The position numbers and the translations under genes were made by a program. A stretch of DNA of 64,000 nucleotides from Thalia democratica (Eukaryota): positions 52,452,001 to 52,516,000 of the forward strand of contig OZ241826.1 of NCBI GenBank assembly GCA_965202585.1, read 5' to 3'. Positions 40,301-51,813 of the stretch are shown piece by piece. The first letter of the stretch is position 1, and each line of letters starts with the position of its first letter. Under the pieces are notes generated by a model. It saw only the letters and a list, made by a program, of their open reading frames with translations. It ran no database searches and was not told the DNA's origin.

Positions 40301-40688
40301 CTTTTTGCATCACTCTGTTTGTATCAATGATGTTTTGTTTTGAGTATATTGTTTCTTTATTCTGTACATATTTATTTTTTTAATCAGAATACGCAAATCT
40401 AATTTTAGCAGATAGCGGGTCTATTATCATATAATATAGTTTTATGTTGTCGTATTAATAAGACATTTAAATCTAGAAGTTAATGCAATAACAACTGTTG
40501 TAGTAAATAAAGGGATCTAGTAATTTAATTCAAACTTAAAAGTTTAAGAGAAATGTGTAAATAAGATGAAACTGATATGTTTTTACAAAACATTTACTGT
40601 ACAAGTTACTAAAAAGAATTCAAATTAGTTCTTTAAATAAAATAATTTATAAAATTTGTCTTACACTTTACATAAACTACAAGACTCC

Positions 40689-40800
40689 GTCCTGGACAAG
40701 ACGTTTAAAGGTAATCAAGTGGTGTGCGACTCGATAACCGAAAGGTTTTTTCGTGCACCAGGTCCTAGGACCAAACATTTTGAGCTTATTTTTTTTGTCG
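40689..40800 (+). repeat. SINE-like remnant, copy 1
   Basis: cctggacaaga and an identical 25-mer ctcgataaccgaaaggttttttcgt are shared with 42231-42328; taaccgaaaggtt resembles a tRNA-derived segment. Confidence 0.45.
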
Positions 40801-42230
40801 TTCAATTTTCTATATTGTGATACAATTTATACGCTAATTTTGTATGAAAAGTTAGTTTTTTATTACAGAAAGTTTTGTTATTAAATATTAGATATTACTA
40901 GTTTGACTTAAGTTTGTTCAAATAAACGTAATAAAGCTGTATATTTTGTTAAACAATAACTTTTATTCAACAACATAGTTTCCAAAGGTAATTAATTTAT
41001 ATCTGCTTACTAATATATTGTTTTATTTTATATGACTAATATGGTGTTAAGTAATCTTTAGAAGATAAAAGTATAATTTCAAGTTTTATTATTTGTTTCT
41101 AAATAAGCTTTGTTTGCATATTTTTAAGATAAAAAGATTTTACATGGTCATCCTGATGCAATAAGAAAGAACGACCTGATTTTTATTACCAAAAGCATTT
41201 TGATACATAAACGATGGTTTAATTAAATAATAATATCGAAAAAAAAAATTTAAGGTGACCGTAAAAATAATTGTTTGCTTTTTGCTTAGTTGTTAGGTGT
41301 TAAAAATTGTTGATATTTTAATGCCAACGGAATTCACAATTTTTGCTAATTGCAGTTATGTTGTTAAATAACCAAATATTTGTTTGTAATATTTGAACTA
41401 CCGAAAAAACCTGATATAAACTCAATATCAAATACACAATGTAAGTTTACCTACCGAGTTATCTTTAAAAGTTTATATTATCATAGTTCAAAAGGTCTCT
41501 TAAGTCTATTTTGCTAATATTTAACCTATAAAACTCCTATTTGAAACTATTAAGTGAAAATTAAAACTTAAATAAATTTTTAATACTGTAAAACAATTCA
41601 TAGTATAGATGATGTTATAACTTATACCAACTCAAAAAGTTCTACAACTGTCTCTCACAAACTAGTGTGGTTAGATATTTCACAAACTTACTAATAATAA
41701 GTTTCAAAAAGCTTTACTTTTATTTTAAGTGGTTTTTAAAGCTTCAGCCTTATTAATATCTTTTTAGATTTAAAAAAGATATATGAAATTGTTATAGTTG
41801 CTAATTTAATTTAATAACAAATATAAAATTATCTTAACTAAACAAAACATTATTAAAAATACTGAAAATTTAATTAACTTATATTGAGTTAATAACTTAG
41901 TTATTAAGAAAAGGCAGCAGTCATTTTATTGAGGTTCGGCTAAAAGCTTATTTTATCTAGTTAAGATTTAAAAAACCTAGCTTTTTGTAATTTGCAAGCA
42001 CTTTATTAAAAGTTTTTCAATGCTTATTTTGTAATCGCCTAGGTCTAAAATAATCTAAAGCCTAGTATTATTATAAACACTGTTAATGTTTTTATTAACT
42101 GTACAAAATATTCAGCCTTGAATTAAAAAATAGTAATAGTTTGTGTTCAGATAACTTTACTTATTACTCTTGTAGGTTGAAAATATTTAGCAACACAACG
42201 ATAATATCATCGATAAGTCCTAATGTCTAT

Positions 42231-42328
42231 CCTGGACAAGATATTAAACTGTATTCATGGTGTATGGCTCGATAACCGAAAGGTTTTTTCGTATACCAAT
42301 TTTTTGAGCGCATTTTTTTTGTCGTTTA
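42231..42328 (+). repeat. SINE-like remnant, copy 2
   Basis: Direct repeat of 40689-40800 (see that entry). Confidence 0.45.
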
Positions 42329-43446
42329 ATAAACATATTAGTGAGAACGTAACAGGTCGTAGAGTTACACATGGACTGTTGTTGATTGTCGTGCGGTTCA
42401 GTTTATTGCTAATTGTGACGGCGGTAAAACATCTAGGGTTTGCTGACGATGTTCGAAAACGTTGCTACTATGTTAATATTTTTTATTTTAAAAAGTATTC
42501 AAAACAAAACATCTAATGAAATAAGCATTGAGTCAGCAAAATAATATACTCATAAGCAAAACAGGCGTAGTTGTAGACTTTTCTTAAAAAAAACTTTAAT
42601 CGTCCATACTAAATTAGCATTTTCTAGCTTAAAGTACGTTGCTTAACATAATTCTTTTATGGTTTATTTAAAAAAAAACACTTAAAAAAGTCTAAAAATG
42701 ATAATACTGAAACGCTAATTCTATAGTAAACTAAAAAAATTAGGTCTTACCTTTTTTCATAGTGCTTAATTTTTTTTTTTCTTTAACAGGTATAAGTTTT
42801 CTAGATATATAGAATAACTAAAAGTAGAGATAGCTGTTAGCATAATAAAAATATGGCTTGGGTAAAATATTTGAAATTATTTATTCTTTATTCAGTAATA
42901 GGATAAGTAAGTCGATTTTTTACTATAACTGTTTGACTTAAAGAAGTATTTTTATAAAAATTAAATTTTTATAAATGTCGAGTTTATTCAATAAGCATTA
43001 AGTAAAGTCCACAACATTTTAAGCTGACCTAGAAATGTCATACATTTGTTGGGTTAAATATTGCAGAAAATTTTAGGTATTGCAGTATTTGCAGAACATG
43101 CAAGCACGGAAGTTACGAAATGATAATTTATACTTTATTTATTTTGACGTTTATAACATGCGTCTTTGTTAATTACTTTTTCAAAGGTCAAATAGTTACT
43201 ATATAAGCAGTGATTTAATTCATTCTCCATAAGACTCAAAAAGCTTAAAGCAAAGTTAAATAGGAGTACAATTTGCGATAAATTATTTTTTTATAAATAT
43301 AAAACACTTAAAAGTTGTTTAAAAAATATCTAAAGTTAAAAAAACATTTATTATAGTATTGTAAAGAATATACTTCGAAAAAATACTTCAAAATTGAAGT
43401 TTATTATTTTCAGCTTAATTACTTTAGTAGTAAATAGGATTCAAAC

Positions 43447-46400
43447 ATGAAAGCAATTTTAATTTTATTGGTCTTGTGCAGTTACAGTTAGTTTGGCCCT
43501 TTTATGTTTTACCAAGCGCTTTTTTTATAAACTAATTATTTTTTTCGAGTATCAAAACAATATTATGGTTCAATTACCACTTCTAAACTTAAATTTTTGT
43601 TCGATTCTCAATTTCATTATCATAAGTTTTAATTACTTTGTATCATACCATAACTACTATACTTTTAATTAATAACTTACTTTAATTATAATAACTAGAC
43701 GTATTTTAACTTGGATAACTAATCAAACTTTATCTTGAAAAGTAACGAGGTTTTAAATATTAAATTATAGTAGTTCACTAAAAAAGTAAATTATTAATTG
43801 ACTGTATTCAAATAAAAAACCATTTAAAGCTTTAGCCAACCAGCAAATAAGCATTGGAAGTGATATAGTGACAAAAGTAGGAGAGAAAGTTGAAGTGTTT
43901 TGTAACTCAGACAACTACTACAGATACGGAAAAAGATACAACAACGGTTAGTTCGAAAAGAAAACAATTCCATAAAAGTATCAATTTTCAAAAATCACAT
44001 AGTATTTATGCATAATTAAAGAAAACAAAAATAATTTTGTGTTAAAAACTAAATTCATTGTCTTATTATTTTGCAAATGTATATAATTGTACAACAAAGC
44101 TTGTGATTACTTTTAAATAACTTAATTAAACTTTAGACGCAACTCCGACGCAAATTAAATGGTACATAGCCCCAATAATAGATGATTACTCAACATATCA
44201 AGCTCTTTGGAAATGGACTAACAATTCGGAAAGTGTATTCTTCGAACAAGATTACATTTCTAAAAATAAAGTGAGCGTCAGCGAAAATGGAGATATTCTT
44301 ACTGTTAGTTTTAAATCTATTAGACTAAATGCAACGTGAATATTTCAGATGAATTAAATATATTTTATATTTTATTAATTAGAGCTGATATTCGATTAAA
44401 ATTAGTTTAAACTTCGGTTAATTTTTAGTACAGTTTTGTATGAAATAGTTTAATTTACTCAGTTTTAAGTGAATCAACTTAAAACAGTACTATGTAGTAA
44501 TTTTTATTTGTATTTATGTTAAAATTTTATGCTGTTTCACCTTAACAAAAATCAAATTAAATTACGTTCAATCGTATTTATAATTCTTAACCCTAACGTC
44601 TTTTCAATAGTTGACACCAGATATTCATGACGATGGTTTAAATATTTACTGTGCTGCTGAAGAAGATGTTGAAGTATTGTGGTTCGGAATAAGTCAGATC
44701 AGTTTATACAGTCAGTTTTTATTGAGCTTAGAACTACAATCAGAACACTATTAAAGTTACTCAGAATTTATTTAAAATACATATTGTTCTGAGATATTTG
44801 CAAGGACAGTTTTAAAAAAAGCTAAAAAAGTTTTTAGAAAAACATCCAAAAACATTTTAAAATTTTATTAGTTAAGGATTTTGAATCCATTTAGGTCTTA
44901 AAGTCTTTTTATGTTTCATATAACTTTTTTTCAATTTTCAGAACATGCAAACAACCCAACGGTTTTGAGAAGAAGCGGAGTATTAGGGCAGCAGAGAGAA
45001 AAAATTGGAGGTTGTTTGTCGGGATTCGGTTACCCGAAACCAAAAGTTACCTTCTACCAAAGTAATTTTAAAACTTTTGATTATGAAATTCTAAAATGTC
45101 ATTTTCGATTTAGCTGCAATATTTTTTTCAAAATTTGATGATTTTTTTCTTATCTATATAGTACTAGTATTTTAAACACACTATTAATTTATTTAAGACG
45201 GAATTGAAATAGAAGATGTTGAAACAAGTGAGCTAATTTTACCCCACATTGATGGTTTTCAAGTTAGTTGTAAGCTTATTTACAGATACTTATAAAACAG
45301 TAATAAAATAAACAAACAAAGAAGTAAAGGGGAAAAATTCAGTTTTTTCACTAATAAAAATTCTAAAATAGGGATGGGCAAGTTACGGCCTGAACAAAAC
45401 TTATATTATTTTATAAATCTTGAAAAAAAAGTAGCTTTTAAACATGTTATAACTTTAATCGCGACTAGGCTTCGGTGTTAAATTTTTGGTCACTTTCTTA
45501 TAATTTTTTCGACCGACAAAAAATCTGATATTTGTTTTAAAAACACGGCAAGCCATGAAAGTGAATGTTTAATAAATTTAACCCGTAAGAACAAAGACGT
45601 TTTGCCTGTCGACTTAAAAAGTTATCCGGCCCTTATATAAAAAATACTAATTAGATTATTTAGAAACCATATAAAATTTTTAAACTTAAAACACTTTCTT
45701 ACTTAAATAGAAGCTTAGCTTGCTTCTGTAACATACAAATCAACTAGACTAGCACAATAAGTATAAAAAAGTTTTAAGAATTATCAAAAAAAACTTTAGA
45801 CTGATAGCAATATAAAATTAAAAAAATTAACAGGTATCAGTGTTGAAAGTATTGTTTATGGAAATAGATCCAGAAGACCACAATACAGAAATCACATGCA
45901 GGGTATGACTTGTAAAGAGCTTACACAACTTCTAAAATACTTACTAAAATTTTTAATAACCACAGGTCACCAGTGGTGTTGAGCCTTACATTAAAAACAA
46001 AGTTAGATTTCTCTCCAGCCCAAAAGTATACCGTAAGTAATTTTGTTGTTAACTACTACTACGTACTATCAAGCCTTTCAACAAGAAATCTTAATAAATT
46101 AAAATGAATAGAAAGTTTAACTCATAAGTAGCAAAAAAAAAACATTTGAATACTTATTCAAATTCGTAAAAATAAACATCAAAACATAAATCTGAAAACT
46201 TGTTTTTAAGTTTGATTTAAGGAAGTTTGGTTAAAAGAGTTTTGTTAATGTCAAACTATATGAGTATATATAATATAAATTCTACATAGTATTTTTCTAC
46301 CTAATCTAAAACTTAAGCTGAAGTTTTGTGTCCTTAGTGTAACAAACTTCTAGAATTTATTTTTTCTTACAGTTGTACAGTACTTAACATACCATGTTGA

Positions 46401-49400
46401 AAAAAATAAACCTTTTTAAACAGACGACTTTAGTGAAGCTTGGATTGAGACCGACAAGGAAGAAAACAAATTTGAAGTAGGAGACATTGTTGAATTCAGA
46501 TGCATGTTCAATGGATACCCAAAAAACGCTCGTGTTTCAAAGTAAGTTGTTTTAACGAAAGTTTTTGACAATAGTCGGTACGTAAAAAATAAAACTGTAA
46601 TATTTTAATCTATGTAAAGGTTTGGATTCGAGACAGGTAACTATAAACAGAAAGAGACAATCAGACTTCGAATTACCGAGCAAATGAACAACCAAAATAT
46701 AATCTGTGAAGTCCAGGACGACGACGAAAATGAAACAGTAAAAGCTGAGTATAGAATAGAACTTGTCGGTCAGTTTGAACAAAAAGAAAACAACCGACAA
46801 ATTTTGTAGCTTTTTTGCTTTTTTATTATAATTAGTTATGTTAGACCGAAAATCAATAAAGATACTGCGACAAGTGGATTTGATACATATACAATCATTA
46901 CTGAATATTTAATAGACTAGTTCTATATTTGATATATTATTGTTAGTTTTTATACGTAAACAATTTGCTTATAAGTATTTTAAGAATAATTTTTAAATTA
47001 TATAACAACTCCACAAACCAAATTTTCCTATCTAGATCTAATGTTTTATACCTATCTTTTTTAGTTATTGCTAATTTTCCATAACTATTTTGAATTCAAA
47101 TTAAATTGCTAGCTTATAAAGTTAATCTTTTACAGAAAAGCTGCGCAATGTTCAAGTAATGGGAGGTCACGTGATTCCAAGAACATCTGGATCTTTGAGA
47201 CTCACGTGTTTTGCTGATGCGCGCCCTATGCCAAAATTCCAGTGGACAAAAGATGGCAAACTAATGAGTGAAGGCGGTGAGTTAATTATCAAGAGTAAAC
47301 ACAAAATAATAGTTTATTTTGTGTTAAAGTTTTTCGGTTTCGAAGTTAAGAAACTGTAACAAAATTAAAGAAATCAAAACAGGATTATTACTATTTTTAG
47401 CTTTAAGGCTATTAAACTTATAGGAGTAATATATTTATAACCTTACAGCTCAAATGGAAGTGAATGAGCCTGGTTCTTATCAGTGCGTCGCTTCTAACTC
47501 CTTTGGAATGATCTACAGTGCGAATCACGAGGTCAGAGACGTTTTACCACCGAGCGTTTGGGTGACCACGGAAAACGACAGGGTTGAAGAAGGTGATGAC
47601 GTTGTCATGAACTGCTGGTTTAACTATGATGGTGGTAAGTTTAGTATATTTTTATTAATTCTTAGTTTTACTTTGTATAAGAAGTTTGTTTTCTATGTTA
47701 GTATGAGAAAAAATGTTATGTTGTACAGTTTCTTTAAAAGTATTTAAACAAAAGACAACTGACTATATAGTGTGTTTATTTTTATGCTAAAATCCAATTA
47801 AAAAAATCTATGGATGATCAATAACTTCGAATTAACTGAAATTTTAAATCATTTTTTAGATAAAAAATAGTGCAAAAGACTAGTTAAAAAATCTAAATTA
47901 GATAAAAAACTTTAACAAAAGCATAAACCAAGTATGTATATTAGAACTATACTATAGAGATTGTTTTAAAACGGTTAAAAATGTATATATAATGAACTTT
48001 AAAGAAAACAAATATCTATCATATTTATGGTGAATAAAAAAAACAGATGATCAAGACTACCATGTCAGATGGTTAGTAGTTAATGAAATATACGATGAAC
48101 AGCAAATAATTTTTGATTTTGGTGTACGTGGAAACACTAGTTTGTATGAAAACGATTTCAATGGAAAATATTCAACTAATGACGGAAGAGATCTTAAGGT
48201 TAGTAAAGCTTAAAGTGTTAAAATGTATTTAAAAAAAGTTTTAATAGATAAGATGGTTATATATAATAATAAATGTCTGTTTTCCTAAAAATAATTGATA
48301 AATAAGTATCATTAATCCATAACTTATTTAGTAACTATCAATTAGAGTTGTATTTGCTAACATTTTATATAGAACTCTAACGTTAGTCCTGTTCATTATT
48401 TTAAAAACAAGTTATACTCACTAAATTTAACATTTTTTGTAAATATATTAATATTTTTAAGATTTTTAATTTGTTTAGCTGATAGTGCAAAATACTTTTT
48501 TTGTTTGCATTTTGAATTTATAAGTAACAAAACACTTGTAAAAGTCAAATGAAGTATAAAATCAAATTTTTGATATCAAACTCAATGATGTCCTTAAATA
48601 AATACAGTAGACTACCGCTTAAGTACGCAAATTGAACCAGACCAAAAAGTGCGTACTTAGCACGGGTAGTGCGTACTTTTTGACGACATAGTATAATATG
48701 AAATTTAGTTGTTTGTTTTCTTTTTTACAACTAGCCACCAAATAATTAAGCCAAATAAACAAGTCTTTTTATTTAAATAACATTTAATACATTATTTTAA
48801 TCTGCAAAATTTTTAATTGTTTTTATGTGGTTTACTTTTTCTATAAAAAGTTTCTACATAATTGTTACATACATTTAATATAGAAAGTCAATGTCAGTCA
48901 ATGATATAAAAAGCTCTATAACAAAATCTCTAGTGAAGCAGCACTTGGTATGGCTCCTGAGCTCTATCACAAGCTTAAAAGCACCCATGTAAAATATCAA
49001 CGTTTGCTAAACAAAGCAGCCTAATCTGAGCAGGAAGAAAACCAAACAGCTCACACTTTTTGACATGATGAAGTAGAGCCAAGATTTTTTTTATTCTGAA
49101 TAGATTGCTATTCAAGCTAATTTTAGTTTATTTATTACTTCAAACCATTTTTCTGGTATTTGCTAAATTGTTTCGGTTTAGAATAAACCAATTTTTTCAT
49201 TTTCTATTAGTTTTTTTTTAATGCTTTTTTTTTGTCTTCTGGGTAAGTGCGTACTTAAGGCGAGGTGCGTACCAAAAAAAGTGCGTACTTAAGCGGTAGT
49301 CTACTGTAAAAGTAAACATAAGTTATTTACTGTGAAAAAAAAACTTCTAAACTATTCAAAAAAAGCTTCATTACAGATTCACAATGTTCAAAGAAGTTCA

Positions 49401-51813
49401 AATGAAACGTACTATTGCAATTTAATAACTTTAGATGGTATCGCTTACAACAGTACAGAATTTTATGTTTTCGGTTAGATTTTTTTCAAAGCATTAAATT
49501 TATAAATTGTATATCAATATTAATAGTAATAAAAATAATCAGAATCAAATGAAGAAGAAGCCTACGAAGAAGAGGATTTTAATAACGATAACAACCAAAT
49601 GCAATATTTTACAACCCAAGAATCTTACACACAAAATAAAGAAAACGTGAACAATGATGATGAAGAAAACATGAACAATGATGATCAAGAAAACATGAAT
49701 AATGAAGATGAAGAAAACAGAAATAATGATGATCAACAAAGCATGAACAACCAAGATCAAGGAAACAAAAACGACCAAGATCAAGAAAACATAAACAATG
49801 ACGATAAAGAAAACATGAACGATGAAGATCAAGAAAAAATGAACAATGACAATGAAGAAAACATGAGCGACCAAGATCAAGAAGTCATGAACAATGAAAA
49901 TCAAGAAGATATTTGTATCAAGAGCAATGAAAATGAAAAAAACACGAGCGACCAAGATCAGGAAGACATGAACAATGAAGATCAAGAAAGCATGAACAAT
50001 GAAGATCAAGAAAACATGAACACTAGTACATTAGAAAATCAAACAACAGACAGCCAAGAAGACTACACTAACATGAATAAACAAAACGAAACTGTAGAAA
50101 CAACAACCTCTTATATGTATACAGATAATCAGTTTACTACAAATGTAGACGACTATGAAACGACTTATTCTGACAACAGTAACATAAACATAGAAGAAAA
50201 AGAGTATATTGAATATGTATATGAAGAAGAAATGTACGATGAAGGACTTTATGACGAAGCTCCATATGACGGAGAAGTGTATGAAATGAATTATGAAGAC
50301 ATGTACGACAATGAAGATGAAAACAATAACGACAGTACCTTTTTTAATACACCAGAAGTCACTACTGACACAAGCGTATTAGAAGATGAGATCGTAATAG
50401 AATCAGAAAGCAAAACACCTTCTGAGGGATTTTTTAAAAATATGAAAGATCAAGTCATAGAAATAGCCTCGGAAATGTTTACGCCTAATGAAGACAACAA
50501 CGATATAAATGAAAATGTTCAGACAACTTCTGCAGAATACTTAACAAGTACAGAAGAATTTAAAGAAATGCAGACGACAATGGAAACTACAACCGACAAA
50601 ACGTCAAAAACTGAAATGCCAAAATTTAACAAAACAGATGGTAAGTAGAAAATAGTAACATTAAAAAATGTAAGGGACATTATTATTAACACAACTCATT
50701 GTTTTAGAATTTTCAAGCTGTTACTTTGATGTAAACGAAGATGATTTTTATTCAATGGGATCAAACAATCAAGATTTTGAAATTTACTTTATGAGAGAGA
50801 AAAATACCATTAAAGACTATTCATTCTACAACCCTGATGACGACTATTCAGGTATTTTTAGTACTAGATGTTAACTACGTTTGAAAACAACAAAGATGAA
50901 AATATAAGAAACGTTTGTTATAATTTAGTTAAATATAAAAACATTGTTTATTTTTTGTTTACTTTTAAAAATGTTACTTTTGTTTTAATCTAGCATTTAC
51001 TTCTAACTATTAAAACGTTAAACGGTGAATAAATCAACAGTTTATTTGTTTTTATAAAAATCATATTAGTACTAAAAATTTCTTTGCAAACTAGTCTAAA
51101 TAAAAAAAATGTAAACTAAAAGCTACAGTTTTACTAAAAGAGCTCAAATTTTTTTTAGTTATGGTCAAGTCTGTGTCATTGAACGGTAAAAAACCTATGA
51201 AAATGACAAAAGTCGAAGTTTTCACTTTTAACTTGTTCCAAGATGATTCGTGCTTTGTAACACAAGATCAAACAGATATTTCAAATTGTGAACATCAAGT
51301 AATCGAAGCAAACCGACCGAAGCGTCGTTTGAAAGGCTCTATCATAATTGAAAATGAGTTCAAACAATGTACCTTTGTTATGGGGTAAGTTTTTATAAAT
51401 TTTTATGCGTATCAACTAGATTAAAAATATTGATATATATATTAAAGCATTTTTTAGGGAATGTTTTTGATTTTTAACATAAGAGTTGCTAGTACACATA
51501 ACTTTAGCTAAAGACTTTTGACTTGGTTTAAAAAAATGTTTGCGTTTTATAATATACATTTTATTTTACAACTTTTTTTAAACTTTTGTACTTCTGTAAT
51601 TATAAGACTTGTTTTTTAGATACTACCGAGTTAAGTTAAAGTTAAGTTTAAAACCATAACATTTTTCTTAGTGTATTTTCTTTAAGGGTAAAAGTATTCA
51701 TGGAAGATGGAAACAACTTTTATCAAAAACTTCACCCGTATGATATGATAAACTCAGACGAAATTATGAACAAAAAAGCTTTTTTCATGATTAAACCAGC
51801 CGAAAATCACTAA
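43447..51813 (+). CDS. Secreted five-Ig-domain protein with polyacidic repeat and novel C-terminal domain, 1054 aa; join(43447..43486,43830..43946,44137..44303,44611..44692,44942..45061,45198..45262,45834..45902,45966..46032,46424..46541,46620..46768,47136..47276,47449..47634,48047..48198,49377..49473,49543..50640,50708..50851,51159..51384,51687..51813)
   Basis: All 17 introns are GT-AG and phase-compatible, giving one open 3165-nt frame. Signal peptide MKAILILLVLCSYTLA; five Cys pairs with Ig motifs (VEVFC..IKW..IYC; GGC..GYPKPKV..ITC; EFRC..NGYP..IIC; LRLTC..PMPKFQWTKDG..GSYQC; VVMNC..VRW..TYYC); no transmembrane helix seen. Confidence 0.88.
48605..49306. mobile_element. pogo/Tigger-derived MITE (702 bp) in intron 13 of the Ig gene
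   Basis: Perfect 25-bp TIR cagtagactaccgcttaagtacgca / tgcgtacttaagcggtagtctactg with TA flanks on both sides; a short interrupted coding-like stretch inside (about 48890-49070). Confidence 0.92.
49641..50021 (+). repeat. Coding 24-nt tandem repeat, about 15-16 units of E-N-M-N-N-[D/E]-D-Q
   Basis: Units ENVNNDDE, ENMNNDDQ, ENMNNEDE, ENRNNDDQ, QSMNNQDQ ... ESMNNEDQ read directly from exon 15. Confidence 0.95.

Noticed and set aside
34862-43447. Operon-like linkage of NSUN4 and the Ig gene
   Set aside because: They share a strand but are 8.6 kb apart with repeats between them; ascidian operons have little or no intergenic DNA.
3055-46800. Remaining 60-97-aa track ORFs (3055, 8156, 9666, 16948, 21160, 24377, 27140, 28158, 29433, 42223, 46552)
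   Set aside because: They are F/L/I/K/N-rich translations of AT-rich introns, repeats or antisense exons, with no motifs or splice support.
49545-50009. 154-aa very hydrophobic minus-strand ORF (MIFIVHAFLIF...)
   Set aside because: It is the antisense shadow of the N/D/E/Q repeat exon on the plus strand; there is no independent coding signal.
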